Source of the DNA: Opitutales bacterium
GTDB taxonomy: Bacteria > Verrucomicrobiota > Verrucomicrobiia > Opitutales > PNEW01
Reading direction: 5' to 3'
NCBI GenBank assembly: GCA_965197745.1
Contig: CBDANS010000006.1
Location: 1,312,001-1,376,000 of the forward strand
DNA: 64,000 nucleotides
In this document: in pieces, positions 1 to 10,602 of the stretch
How positions within the stretch are numbered: the stretch's first letter is position 1
Layout: every line of letters begins with the position of its first letter
Notes under the pieces: model-generated
What the model saw: only the letters and a program-made list of their open reading frames with translations
What the model was told of the DNA's origin: nothing
Databases searched by the model: none
Position numbers and translations under genes: made by a program

Positions 1-802
1 GACTCCAGCCAAGTATTTGCTTTATTTTGTGGCAACTCACGAGACCGGTACGGTCGGGGAGATCTCCTCGAATGTCTTTAATGTGAGAAAACCCTTTTTC
101 AATTAATTGACGTGTTGGGGTGGTAACACAGACGTCATCCGCGGCAATATTGAAAGTATTGAAACCTGATTCTTTCGAAGTCACCCAGGCAAGGCAGGCG
201 GTAGCGACATCGCGGGCATCGATATATGACCAGAGAGTGTTCTCTGCGGCTGCATCATTTTCGGTGTATCGGCGGAAACGCCATTCATAAGATTCTTCAT
301 AGACAATTCGCTGCGGTCGCAATGCGGCAATGGCGATACCATGCCAACGCGAATAATGACTGGCCAGGGTCTCAAGGTTTTGCTTCACCGCACCATAGAT
401 ACTGTATGGGTTGGCGGGTGTGTCCTCATCAATAGGCAGGTAGGGCACATCGTAAACGTCGCCGTAAATTTCCGGACTGCTGGCCAGTACCACTCTCGGG
501 ATTCCCAGGTTTGCTGCCGCTTGAAGAACGTGATAACCACCCAATGCGAGATTTCGATAGGCAGTTTCCCACGCGGTCAATGAATCCGAGGGATAACTGC
601 CAAAGTGGACGACCGCATCGGCTCCCGTGAAGACATCGTGGACAGCTGCTCCATCTTCCAAATTAACCTGCCGATAATCACTCTCCGCGAATTCACAGGG
701 TTTCAAATCTACACCGGTAACTTCATGTCCGGCTTCGCGAAAGACCTTTACTATCGAGGGTCCGGTACCTCCTTTTGCGCCGGTAATTATTACTTTTCCC
801 AT
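1..802 (-). CDS. NAD-dependent epimerase/dehydratase family protein (runs off the left window edge)
   Basis: Not in the ORF track. Manual translation from ATG at 802 gives MGKVIITGAKGGTGPSIVKVFREAGHEVTGVD (Rossmann motif); the same frame reads ...KIKQILGWS at the edge, a typical C-terminus. Confidence 0.8.
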   Translation of the reverse strand, partial: MGKVIITGAKGGTGPSIVKVFREAGHEVTGVDLKPCEFAESDYRQVNLEDGAAVHDVFTGADAVVHFGSYPSDSLTAWETAYRNLALGGYHVLQAAANLGIPRVVLASSPEIYGDVYDVPYLPIDEDTPANPYSIYGAVKQNLETLASHYSRWHGIAIAALRPQRIVYEESYEWRFRRYTENDAAAENTLWSYIDARDVATACLAWVTSKESGFNTFNIAADDVCVTTPTRQLIEKGFSHIKDIRGDLPDRTGLVSCHKIKQILGWS

Positions 803-839
803 TTCCTCTTCCCTGGTTTAGAACTGACTTATATATAAA

Positions 840-2009
840 TTATAAAAGAGGGGTTGAACCGTCGGACTGGACGTATCGCAGTTCCTTAATCGGCTCATGG
901 GGGCGTGAACGCACTTGTTCCATATCGAGTTCCACTCCGAGTCCGGGGCGTTCTTGCAGGTCGTTTATATCAATGTGGCCGTCGGTCACGGGCACATTCT
1001 GTATTTGAATTCGGTCAAACCAGGGTTGAAGCGGACAATGTTCAAGGATCAGAAAATTCTGTATAGCCGCAGCCACGTGAGCGCAAGCGGCCAGGGCGAC
1101 AGGACCGTAGGGATTGTGCGGGGCTATCTCGATACCATATACTTCGGCATAGTGGGCAATCTTAACGAGTTCACTGATTCCACCGATGTGACAGGGATCA
1201 GCCTGACAAACATCAATTGCCTGTTGCTCAAACCATGGACGGAAATCCCAACGCGTTATTTGTCGTTCACCCAGAGCGATCTTCATATCTGGAAATTCTT
1301 TTTTCAGAAGAAGGGTCGGCTCAATATTATCTTGATTCGTTGGCTCCTCAACAAAAAGCATGTTCAGAGGACGAAGTCCGCGCATTAAATAGTCAGCAGC
1401 CTGTAAATCAAATTGACCGGCGGCATCTATCATCAGGGCTACATCAGGACCGAATAACTGGCGTAGCAGGGTATGTTCCTCAATCGCATTTGTCGCTTGC
1501 TCTCGCATGTCGTAGGGGTCTGTTCTTGTGCCCCAACCATGCTTGAATGCGTTGAAGCCCATCTTCATTGATGCCTGGGCCGCCTCTTCGAGGGTGGAAC
1601 CATAAAATTCGGGACCGTAGCGTATGTAGCAGCGAATTTTTTCTCTCACTTTACCGCCAAGGAGTTTGAATACGGGCAGTCCGGCCTTTTTCCCGGCGAT
1701 ATCCCACAATGCCTGATCGATTCCACTCATCGCGCTGGTGTGAACAACCCCCCGGCGCCACCAGAAATCGCGATAACCTAATTGCCAGATGCGTTCGATA
1801 TCAGTTGGATCCATACCGAGTAATCGCGGTTTCAGCTCCGATTCAATTTGCGCTTTAACCGCCATTTCGTGGTATTCAGTTGTTGCTTCACCGATGCCGG
1901 TGATTCCTTCGTCTGTCTCTATCTCCACGAATATCCAATTGCGGCAAACGCCGGGACCATCGGGTCGCGGCACACTCATCACATGACAGCGGATATCGTT
2001 TATCTTCAT
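840..2009 (-). CDS. Mandelate racemase/muconate lactonizing family enzyme, galactonate dehydratase-like
   Basis: Motifs VEIETDEGITGIGEA, SGIDQALWDIAGK, FVEEP, ALGER, APHNPYGP. Confidence 0.85.
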   Translation of the reverse strand: MKINDIRCHVMSVPRPDGPGVCRNWIFVEIETDEGITGIGEATTEYHEMAVKAQIESELKPRLLGMDPTDIERIWQLGYRDFWWRRGVVHTSAMSGIDQALWDIAGKKAGLPVFKLLGGKVREKIRCYIRYGPEFYGSTLEEAAQASMKMGFNAFKHGWGTRTDPYDMREQATNAIEEHTLLRQLFGPDVALMIDAAGQFDLQAADYLMRGLRPLNMLFVEEPTNQDNIEPTLLLKKEFPDMKIALGERQITRWDFRPWFEQQAIDVCQADPCHIGGISELVKIAHYAEVYGIEIAPHNPYGPVALAACAHVAAAIQNFLILEHCPLQPWFDRIQIQNVPVTDGHIDINDLQERPGLGVELDMEQVRSRPHEPIKELRYVQSDGSTPLL

Positions 2010-2220
2010 GGGGCTACTCGTAGTGGTTGACTCTCTCTAATCGAAAAAGTTTGTCAAACACAGCTAATCATTCACCCCTATTGCGGTGGTTTTCTGTTTA
2101 AGAAATAGTATTGTCTAACTGAATGTTGCGGCGGGACCGGCCCCTTTGTCGTGATGATGAAAATAAGGGGTTATTCCGACTGACGCTGGTCGAAGAGTCA
2201 CTCGAAATAAATTTCATATC

Positions 2221-2892
2221 CTAATTCTTATGGGCTTCAATTCGCTCGCGGTCCTGCGCGGTGAGATGGGGCTGAACTTTCTCCGCGAATTCACTTACGG
2301 AATCCTCAATCGATGCCTTACTGGTATCGAGTTTTACGGTAGGACCTAATGTGGATCTCGCCACCCCTTCTTCAAATAACTTAAGGACTTCATCAATATC
2401 CTTTTCCTGCATCACCGCGTTCTCGCGATTGTTTTCCTTCATCCGCTGCCTGAGCACATCCGATTCTGCGATCAAATGAACAATGATAACCGGGTCAGAT
2501 GTAACTTCCTTAATTAATTCTTCGATATGATCAAAAAAGAATTCCCTTCTATTAAAAAATTCATCTGGGAGTCCAAATCCGAAGTAAAGCGGGGCGTAGA
2601 CGGCGTCTTCGATGTGCAAGCCGATGTCCAGATTATCTACCGCACGGTAATGCTGGACATGATAGTGGAGACTGTAGCGCGAGTACATCTCTTTTAGTTT
2701 AGGCGTCATAGCAAGGACCATCTTCTGCTCTTCAGGTGTCGTATCGTCAGGGTGACCCGAGACACGGGGGATCTTAAAATGATCGTGAATATGCGTGAAG
2801 CCGCATCCCATTTCATTTTCTTTCCATTTATGGAAGGCGTTGGCCAAAGTAGTGGTCCCAGTAAACTCGGCACCGACGATAAGCAGTTTCAT
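2221..2892 (-). CDS. Nucleoside monophosphate kinase-like P-loop protein with atypical Walker A
   Basis: N-terminal LLIVGAEFTGTTTLA; NMP-kinase-like lid (VLRQRMKE) and C-terminal LDTS. Confidence 0.6.
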   Translation of the reverse strand: MKLLIVGAEFTGTTTLANAFHKWKENEMGCGFTHIHDHFKIPRVSGHPDDTTPEEQKMVLAMTPKLKEMYSRYSLHYHVQHYRAVDNLDIGLHIEDAVYAPLYFGFGLPDEFFNRREFFFDHIEELIKEVTSDPVIIVHLIAESDVLRQRMKENNRENAVMQEKDIDEVLKLFEEGVARSTLGPTVKLDTSKASIEDSVSEFAEKVQPHLTAQDRERIEAHKN

Positions 2893-2931
2893 GATAGGCT
2901 CTCTCTTTGAGGATTATAGAATTAAAAACGA

Positions 2932-3990
2932 TCAGTTACTTTCAGCAATTTTAGTTGCGAGCGCACATATTGAAGTGGCGGCCGAATCTATGTCCGCTTC
3001 GGAAATTCCCAGATAGGGAATGGCGCGAATGATAGTCCGTTCCGGACTACTGACCCGAACCCCATGTTCATCGAGGAGACGATCAGCGAACGCTCTCGAT
3101 GATAGTCCGGTTCCCTTCACATCGAACCTGCACATATTAGTTTCCACCGCTTCGGGATCTATGGCAATACCCGGCGCATGACAAATTAGTTCGGCTAATT
3201 TTTTTGCATTGCGGTGGTCATCGGCCAGTCGTTCGACATTATGCTCAAGAGCGTAAATTCCAGCCGCGGCGATGATGCCCGATTGACGCATGGCTCCACC
3301 GATTCGCTGTTTCCACTGCCAGGCTTCATGGATAAATGCCTTGGATCCCGCTAAGGCTCCTCCTACCGGTGCGCCTAATCCTTTACTGAAGTCGATCCAG
3401 GCCGAATCAAAAGGGGCCGCGTATTCAGCTGCCGATATGCCTGTGGCCACCGTAGCATTCAGAAGCCGCGCGCCATCCATATGACAGTAAGCGTCGTGTT
3501 CACGTACTTTAGCGCAAACTGATTTCATCTGTTCTAAAGGCCAAATACGCCCTCCCGGTCGGTTTGTTGTCTGTTCAATTGATACGACCTGGACGGGAGA
3601 CTGGTATCGACTTGTGGGAGCGATTGCCTCGTCAACCTGTTCGGCGGTGAACTGGCCATTCTTTCCGTCAATGGGGTAGAGTACCGCGCCTGCGAGGACC
3701 GCAGAACCTCCCGCTTCAGAGATGAGGGGATGCGCTGACCTGTCCAGTATAATAAAGTTGCCCGGCCGACAATGGACCGCTAGCGCAATTTGATTACACA
3801 TCGTTCCGGAGGGAAGAAATAAAGCCGCTTCTTTGCCCAGCAATTCGGCGACCATCTCCTGCAATTTATTAACTGTTGGATCCTCGCCTCTCTGCTCATC
3901 GCCAACTTCAGCGGCGCACATGAATTCCCGCATCCCCTTTGTCGGTTTTGTCGCTGTATCACTGTAAAGATCTATGCGCACTGACGCCAT
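2932..3990 (-). CDS. ltaE: Low-specificity L-threonine aldolase (PLP)
   Basis: Motifs DLYSDTATKPT, GEDPTVNKL, PSGTMCNQ, HMDGARL, DFSKGLGAPVG, GGAMRQSG. Confidence 0.85.
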   Translation of the reverse strand: MASVRIDLYSDTATKPTKGMREFMCAAEVGDEQRGEDPTVNKLQEMVAELLGKEAALFLPSGTMCNQIALAVHCRPGNFIILDRSAHPLISEAGGSAVLAGAVLYPIDGKNGQFTAEQVDEAIAPTSRYQSPVQVVSIEQTTNRPGGRIWPLEQMKSVCAKVREHDAYCHMDGARLLNATVATGISAAEYAAPFDSAWIDFSKGLGAPVGGALAGSKAFIHEAWQWKQRIGGAMRQSGIIAAAGIYALEHNVERLADDHRNAKKLAELICHAPGIAIDPEAVETNMCRFDVKGTGLSSRAFADRLLDEHGVRVSSPERTIIRAIPYLGISEADIDSAATSICALATKIAESN

Positions 3991-4133
3991 GTATAGGTTT
4001 CTCCCGTGGTTCTTTTCATTATCGATTTTAAAGTAAAAATATTACGAGGCTATTGTTTTATTGATAGGTCTACTCGCAACCAGCGTTTTATCTGATGCTG
4101 TAATCCATTCATGCGGTGTGGGAATGGAACAGT

Positions 4134-5081
4134 TTATCCAATAGGCGTAACCACAGGTTCAACTTTTTTCGCTGCGAAATCGAAAAAACCTATCTCGGTC
4201 AGATCTTTTTCGAGTTTACTATACTGCTCTGCGGTTATGGGTTGAGAAGGGGGACGTGCCGGTCCACAGTTTACACCCAGCATTTTCATTACGGCTTTCA
4301 TCGTCGTTTGCCCGGATGAACTAGAGCGCCACATAGTCTGATACATCTTCATCGCGTCGAGTTGTTTTTCGCGAGCAACATCCAGATCACCTCGATTAAA
4401 ACTGTCGATGATCTCATTGTACAAAGGGCCGGCAAAATTATAGGAGCCGCCTATTGATCCCTTGCCGCCTAATACTAAACTGCATAATAAAAACGAATCA
4501 ATACCAAAGAGGACGCCATACTGTCCGCCATCAAATTGCCGGCAAAGTTGATATTCCATCATATTAGAAGAAGTGAATTTGAGACCGCAAAAATTGGGTA
4601 TCTTTCCGCGAGCGGCTTCCAGGAAATCGATCATATTAATAGAGACTCCGGTCATGCCGGGAATATAGTAGTAATAGAAGGGAAGCTCAGGCGCGGATGC
4701 CGCAATTTGGGCACAATAGTCAACGAGCGCATCCGCGTTGTTGGGTTTAAAGAAAGTAGAGCTATGAGCGCCAATTCCCCAGGCCCCAGCTTTCTGGGCA
4801 TGCGCGGCGAGCGCTTTTGCGGCGACGATACTATTGTGTCCGACATGTACGAGTACCGTAAAGTCTTCCGGCGCGACTTCAACCCAACGGCTGGTGATCG
4901 CCATGCGTTCCTCTGTGGTTAAGGATAAGCTTTCTCCCGATGTTCCACACAGAAATGCGCCATTTATCCCGTTGTCATTGAAAAACGTGGCCAGGGTTTC
5001 AATCCTGTCGAGATTGACGCTATAGTCAGCATTAAAGGGCGTTACAGAGGGGACAATGAGTCCATTTAGTTGAGTTTTCAT
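4134..5081 (-). CDS. Dihydrodipicolinate synthase family aldolase, N-acetylneuraminate lyase-like
   Basis: Motifs FLCGTSGES, PFYYYYIP, Schiff-base lysine in GLKFTS, GSIGGSYNF. Confidence 0.8.
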   Translation of the reverse strand: MKTQLNGLIVPSVTPFNADYSVNLDRIETLATFFNDNGINGAFLCGTSGESLSLTTEERMAITSRWVEVAPEDFTVLVHVGHNSIVAAKALAAHAQKAGAWGIGAHSSTFFKPNNADALVDYCAQIAASAPELPFYYYYIPGMTGVSINMIDFLEAARGKIPNFCGLKFTSSNMMEYQLCRQFDGGQYGVLFGIDSFLLCSLVLGGKGSIGGSYNFAGPLYNEIIDSFNRGDLDVAREKQLDAMKMYQTMWRSSSSGQTTMKAVMKMLGVNCGPARPPSQPITAEQYSKLEKDLTEIGFFDFAAKKVEPVVTPIG

Positions 5082-5150
5082 TGTTTTAAATATTACAACC
5101 GACAGTTTGTATTGGGGTGAGAAATGATGATTTTAAATAAGAATTATTCA

Positions 5151-6014
5151 TTAGTGCCTACGGTCCCAGCGACTGGGGTTGATTCCCGGCGCGTCGTGAG
5201 CCATGTGGTCCGGTTTATTCGGATTATCATGCATCCAGATGCGGGTATTAGGATCACCCAGGATGGCCTGGATCTCAGGGGATAGCCTGGCCACCTTGGC
5301 GGCGTCTCTTGTCTCAATCTCACCAGCGGGTCCGGCCCATGAGGGACGGTAAGCAATAGCGAGCATTTCACGGGGTCGATCTCCTATATTCGGAAAGTTA
5401 CCGTGGAAAACATTCTGATTAATAAAGACGGCCGATCCTGCCTTGCATGTAACCATTAACTGTTCGGGGTGCTCTTCATAGCGCAGGTAGGGATTGCCTT
5501 CATTATGAAAGCTGAGATGTGACCTGGGGAGAACACGAAAAGGAGAGACCTTCGGGGTTAAGTCATCCAGATAGTAGAGGACCCGGATTAATCGGGGACA
5601 GCTGAACCGATAGCCGAATATTTTTGAACTCCACGGCTGCCCATCTGAGTGCAGACTGATGCCGGGGTGACCCGGTTCAGATCGCGCGTAACTATAACTC
5701 ATCAATATAACCTCGTCCCCAAACATCACTTTGAGGAAGTCAATGGTTGGCGGATGAGCGATCAGCTTGGAAATTTCACCCCCGAGGAACATGACTTCTT
5801 CTTCAGCGACCTGTTGTTTCTCGCTGTAATCAACCCTGCAGGTGTTTATTGCTTTCGTTTCCGCTTTAAGGTTTTTGATAAGTTCCGGGCTGAGCAGATC
5901 AGGTATCACCAGGTAGCCTTCCACTTCGATATGCCTGATACGTTCACCCAGGGTCAAAGGGCCCCAGTCAGTATCTGCCATGCGAGCTTCCATTTGAGTT
6001 TTTGTCATAATCAC
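5151..6014 (-). CDS. Phytanoyl-CoA dioxygenase (PhyH) family Fe(II)/2-oxoglutarate enzyme
   Basis: EGYLVIPDLL, HxD motif (LHSDG), RVLPRSH, distal His (VFHGN), Arg (RPREM). Confidence 0.8.
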   Translation of the reverse strand: MIMTKTQMEARMADTDWGPLTLGERIRHIEVEGYLVIPDLLSPELIKNLKAETKAINTCRVDYSEKQQVAEEEVMFLGGEISKLIAHPPTIDFLKVMFGDEVILMSYSYARSEPGHPGISLHSDGQPWSSKIFGYRFSCPRLIRVLYYLDDLTPKVSPFRVLPRSHLSFHNEGNPYLRYEEHPEQLMVTCKAGSAVFINQNVFHGNFPNIGDRPREMLAIAYRPSWAGPAGEIETRDAAKVARLSPEIQAILGDPNTRIWMHDNPNKPDHMAHDAPGINPSRWDRRH

Positions 6015-6156
6015 CCTATGAATTGATATTTATCATTGGATTGTAGATTTATTACCTTAAATTCTGAAATTACTTTCGGGTGTGTAGAGCGCAAGAACTT
6101 CTTCTAATATTTATGAGATATGTCCTACCGATCAATGCGCTCACCTCGCTTATAGT

Positions 6157-7806
6157 ATGAAGCAGCTATCATTGAATGGGCTTAAAACGGTTTTATGGCC
6201 GGTATCGGTCTTTATCCTCTCCGGATTTTTAAATCTCGCTTCATTCCCGCCGTGGAATATTGCTGAAGCGGCTTATCTGTTTGTTATCCCTTTTTTGATC
6301 TGGATTCATTTCAAGCCTGGGTTCAAGCCCTATGCAGTCACGGCGCTGCTTACCCAGATAGTCGTCTGGCTCATATTGATCTACTGGTTGCGACATGTAA
6401 CCTACTCGGGGACATTCCTTCTTGCTATTTATCTTGGAATATTTCCGGCCGTGTGGCTCATTACCGCATGGTGGGTTCTCCCCCGGATATTTGATCGACC
6501 GTTTTGGCTGCGCTTGACAGGAATTGCCGGGCTCTCCGCGTTTTGGGTATTACTGGAGTTCTCGCGTGTTTTTCTCTTCTCAGGGTTTCCCTGGTTACCC
6601 CTCGCCGCGAGTCAGTGGAACCGTCCGGCCATCCTGCAGATCATTGCATATACCGGTTTCTATGGACTCTCTTTCCTCCTTATTTTTTTGAATCAAGGGA
6701 TTGCTTTTTATTTACGCCATCTTCTTTTAAAAAGCCAGCGCAGCCGAACCTGGTATGAGCGCCTCTGTCCGGAGTTCTATCTCTCCCTGGCTCTGCTCTT
6801 TGCCGCTGTCAGTGGAATTATATGGGCGGGAACATTTACCCAGGAGCAAAAAAATATATTCCGCGCCGCGGTGGTACAACCTTATATTGAACCGTCGGTA
6901 AAATGGAACAGTGATCAAGCGCACGCCATTCTCGATCTCTTAGAAAAGCAGACACTATTTCTTAAGCCTCTGGATGCGGATATTATTTTATGGCCTGAAT
7001 CGGTCACTCCCTGGCCGGTCATCGGAGATAATAACATGCGTCTCTGGATCCAAGACAGAGTGAGAGAGTCCGGTATTCCATTACTCATGGGCAATATGGC
7101 GCGCGATGATAATTTGAACTGGTATAATACCGTGAATGCCGTTGATCCCCGGGCTGGCCTGGTCTTTCCTTATTATGCAAAACGTAAACTCGTCCCGTTC
7201 GGGGAATATGTGCCCTTCGAACATATACTTCCCTTCGTCGATAAAGTGATCCCGCTCGATGGTGACTTTATCCCGGGGAACAGACAACAATTAATTCCTG
7301 TCACTGTTGCTGAGAAGAGCTACCGGGTGGGACCACTCGTATGTTATGAGGATATTTTTCCAGAACTTGCGCGCGAATTGACACTTCATGGAGCTGATTT
7401 TCTATACGTCGCTACTAACAATGCCTGGTATGGAGAGGAGAGTGGGGCTTATCAGCATGCCGCGCATTCCGTATTGCGCGCGGTGGAAACACGCCGACCT
7501 GTGCTTCGATGCGGCAATGCCGGCTGGAGCGGATGGATCGATGAATATGGAAATGTGCGTCACGTTCTAAACGATCGTAAGGGAAGTATATATTTTCGAG
7601 GCGGGACCGTTATGGATGTGAGCCGTGATCGACAGTGGATACAACGGCATAGCGTTTACGTTCAATATGGTGATTGGTTTGTCGGACTCTCACTTATCTT
7701 ATGTATCTGGGGTTTCATTGCGATTCGTTATCTCGATATCCCATTGCTTCCCATCACCCAGGCGAGTGATTTTCGTAGTCGGCGAGATCGTATATTTGGG
7801 CGATAA
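6157..7806 (+). CDS. lnt: Apolipoprotein N-acyltransferase
   Basis: Multi-TM N-terminus; motifs GFPW, WPES, KRKLVPFGEYVP, VCYED, RAVETRRP. Confidence 0.93.
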   Translation: MKQLSLNGLKTVLWPVSVFILSGFLNLASFPPWNIAEAAYLFVIPFLIWIHFKPGFKPYAVTALLTQIVVWLILIYWLRHVTYSGTFLLAIYLGIFPAVWLITAWWVLPRIFDRPFWLRLTGIAGLSAFWVLLEFSRVFLFSGFPWLPLAASQWNRPAILQIIAYTGFYGLSFLLIFLNQGIAFYLRHLLLKSQRSRTWYERLCPEFYLSLALLFAAVSGIIWAGTFTQEQKNIFRAAVVQPYIEPSVKWNSDQAHAILDLLEKQTLFLKPLDADIILWPESVTPWPVIGDNNMRLWIQDRVRESGIPLLMGNMARDDNLNWYNTVNAVDPRAGLVFPYYAKRKLVPFGEYVPFEHILPFVDKVIPLDGDFIPGNRQQLIPVTVAEKSYRVGPLVCYEDIFPELARELTLHGADFLYVATNNAWYGEESGAYQHAAHSVLRAVETRRPVLRCGNAGWSGWIDEYGNVRHVLNDRKGSIYFRGGTVMDVSRDRQWIQRHSVYVQYGDWFVGLSLILCIWGFIAIRYLDIPLLPITQASDFRSRRDRIFGR

Positions 7807-7975
7807 AATAGAGTTGTGGTGGAGTGCTCCCCTCTTTCGCCGTAGGAGTCGGGTAGCCAGCTCTACTTTTCGGCTTTTTTACTTAACGATTTGTGATTGC
7901 GAGATCGATGAAGAACGGTGTTGCCGAAATTATACTCAGAGTTTAGTCCTTATCCTCATAACCGCTACTAGAATT

Positions 7976-8950
7976 ATGAATGAGGAAAATATTACTACTG
8001 CCGATCGCCTGCGCGGAATGATCTGGGGTCAATTCGTCGGTGACGCCGCTGCGCTGGGGAGTCATTGGATTTACAATTTGAGTGAATTAGAATCAATTTA
8101 CCCCGATGGTGTTCATGGTTTTGAAGTCCCGAAGGCGGGGCATTATCACGAAGGGAAAACAGCCGGGGACTTTACCCATTACGGTGATGCCGCTTTGCTC
8201 CTTTTGCAGTCCGTTGCGGCATGCGGCAACTTTGACGTAGTCCATTTTGGGCATCGATTTATGGAAATCATGGCACCCGGTGTATACAAAGGGTACATCG
8301 ATCACGCCACGCGTGGGACGATAGAAAATAAACAGAATTTTGAAAGCACGAACCCGGGGAAAGGTTTTGATTATCAACAGGGGGCTGATGATGATCAACT
8401 GGCAACCGCCTCATCTCTCGCACCCGTCATTGCTGCTCATTTTCGTGATGAAGCCCTTATGGTTATCGTTGACAAGGCAACGCGAGTGCGCCAGAATAAC
8501 AATCGGGCCGTTGCCTACATGCAAATGCACGCGCGTATTCTGCTCGAACTAATTGAGGGGCGTGATGTCCACAGTGCGCTTCATCGTGTTGAGGAACACG
8601 CCGCTAAAAACACTGAATTCGGTGTCGAGTTAAAGAGAAAATTACTGAGCGCTTTCAACGCTTTGTCAAAAAGTGTTCAAGACGCTACTTTGGAACTCGG
8701 CCAATCCTGTCCCCTCATCAGCAGTTTCCCCTCCGCCTTACACAGTCTTCTTAAAGAGTCGGAATCATTTAAGGAGAGTATCCTCGCAATTTTGCGTGCC
8801 GGCGGGGACAACGCGGGCCGTGCCGCTATGGCCGGGGCCTGGCTGGGAGCGCACCTCGGGGTTAAGGCAATCCCTGAAAACTGGTGCAGGCAGCTCAAGT
8901 ATTATGATCCTATTCATGAGTATGTAGAAAAAATTATAGCAGCCGCTTAG
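7976..8950 (+). CDS. ADP-ribosylglycohydrolase family protein
   Basis: RLRGMIWGQFVGDAAALG and AGGDNAGRAAMAGAWLGA; start moved to ATG 7976 because the track ORF overlaps lnt. Confidence 0.85.
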   Translation: MNEENITTADRLRGMIWGQFVGDAAALGSHWIYNLSELESIYPDGVHGFEVPKAGHYHEGKTAGDFTHYGDAALLLLQSVAACGNFDVVHFGHRFMEIMAPGVYKGYIDHATRGTIENKQNFESTNPGKGFDYQQGADDDQLATASSLAPVIAAHFRDEALMVIVDKATRVRQNNNRAVAYMQMHARILLELIEGRDVHSALHRVEEHAAKNTEFGVELKRKLLSAFNALSKSVQDATLELGQSCPLISSFPSALHSLLKESESFKESILAILRAGGDNAGRAAMAGAWLGAHLGVKAIPENWCRQLKYYDPIHEYVEKIIAAA

Positions 8951-9261
8951 TTTTTTACCCGCTCACGGGTGCTTTAGACTGCGTTCGTCTTACCTCCAGT
9001 CACCTCTCCGGAAATCATTTCGGATTATTTTTTAAAGTATTTTCATCCCAAGCTGGACAAGCTCAATCACGTAACACAATGTTGCTCATTGACCCCTTCC
9101 TGGAATGATTAATTGCCGATTATTTATTTTATCTCCCTTCTCAATCGGTGTCACTTTTTCATCCCCCTGCGAATCAAAGATGCGGGGCTTCATCTTGACA
9201 TTATTGATAGATTTTGAATGATTTCTTTCATATTCATCCGCATATTTGGTAATATAATAAC

Positions 9262-9942
9262 ATGACGACGCAAATTAAGGCGGACACACCCCGTTCTGCG
9301 GTAGAGCACATCGTTCGAGAGAGTGTATATCGTCATTTGGGGCTGGAAATTCCCCATGCGGGACAGGCCCCTAACCCCCTGGTCGTAAATGTCAGTGCGC
9401 GGCACTGTCACTTGACACCGGAAGCAGTGGAAGCCCTGTTTGGCACGGGGCATGAATTGACACCGATGAAGTGGTTGTATCAGGACGGTTACTATGCGGC
9501 AGAGGAGACCGTCACCCTAGTTGGGCCGCGCAGCCGGGTAATTTCAAACTTACGCATTCTCGGCCCCTGCCGACCGATAAACCAGGTCGAGCTGGCGTAT
9601 ACCGACGCCATTGCCCTGGGCTTCGAGATTCCGGTGCGTCTATCCGGAAATATTGAAGGAACACCCGGTTGCATGCTGATGGGCCCGAACGGTTTTTTTG
9701 AGATGGCAGAGGGGGTGATACGCGCGGCACCCCATGTGCACATGGGGCCAATCGATACTGATTATTACGGGGTGCAAGATGGTGATGTGATGAAGCTCCG
9801 AGTAGGTGGACCCGTAGGTATAATATTTGATAGAATTGTCGTCCGAGCGTCACCGGACGTAAAACTGGAAGTACATATTGACACTGATGAAGGCAATGCT
9901 TGCAGTTTGAAACCAGAAACTCCCTGTGAGTTGATGAAGTAA
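9262..9942 (+). CDS. pduL: Phosphate propanoyltransferase PduL with N-terminal encapsulation peptide
   Basis: Motifs VSARHCHL, LRILGPCR, PVRLSGNIEGTPG, HVHM, EVHIDTDEGNA. Confidence 0.92.
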   Translation: MTTQIKADTPRSAVEHIVRESVYRHLGLEIPHAGQAPNPLVVNVSARHCHLTPEAVEALFGTGHELTPMKWLYQDGYYAAEETVTLVGPRSRVISNLRILGPCRPINQVELAYTDAIALGFEIPVRLSGNIEGTPGCMLMGPNGFFEMAEGVIRAAPHVHMGPIDTDYYGVQDGDVMKLRVGGPVGIIFDRIVVRASPDVKLEVHIDTDEGNACSLKPETPCELMK

Positions 9943-10000
9943 AATTTTGGAAAATGTTCAAAGAACTCAATTATATAGCAAAACGAAAGAAAGAAAAATC

Positions 10001-10270
10001 ATGAGCGATTCGTTAGGTATGGTAGAGACCAATGGTTATGTTGGCAGTGTAGAAGCCAGTGATGCCATGGTCAAAGCGGCGAGTGTCAATCTCGTCAAGC
10101 AAGTGCAAATCGGTGGAGGATTTGTTACGGTGTTCGTCAAGGGTGATGTGGGAAGTGTGAAAGCCGCAGTAGAAGCGGGGTCCGAAGCTGCTGATAAAGT
10201 GGGTGAGCTGTTGTGCTCGCACGTTGTCCCCAGACCGCATCAGGATTTAATGAAGCAGTTTGATATTTAA
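10001..10270 (+). CDS. BMC-H shell hexamer protein
   Basis: LGMVETNG..ASDAMVKAASV..KGDVGSVKAAV..HVVPRPH; start at ATG 10001. Confidence 0.93.
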   Translation: MSDSLGMVETNGYVGSVEASDAMVKAASVNLVKQVQIGGGFVTVFVKGDVGSVKAAVEAGSEAADKVGELLCSHVVPRPHQDLMKQFDI

Positions 10271-10300
10271 ATAAGGAAAATAAAATAAACGGATAATAAA

Positions 10301-10576
10301 ATGGCACAAGAAGCGATAGGCATGATTGAAACAAAGGGGCTGTGCGCCCTGATTGAGGCGAGTGATGCAGCGCTCAAATCTGCGGATGTATCAATGTCAG
10401 GGTGGGAGAAAGTCGGTAGCGGCTTAGTCACCATCTTTTTCAAAGGAGACGTCGCCGCGGTGAAAGCGGCAACCGATGCGGGCGCGGAAGCCGCGGCACA
10501 TATCGGTGAAGTAATCGGGGTACATGTTATCCCTCGTCCACACGAAGAATTATCACAGCTCGGCAAATGGGTCTAG
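10301..10576 (+). CDS. BMC-H shell hexamer protein
   Basis: [36 protein letters not shown]. Confidence 0.93.
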   Translation: MAQEAIGMIETKGLCALIEASDAALKSADVSMSGWEKVGSGLVTIFFKGDVAAVKAATDAGAEAAAHIGEVIGVHVIPRPHEELSQLGKWV

Positions 10577-10602
10577 CGCTGTTGCGATAAGCGTCTGCGT
10601 TA

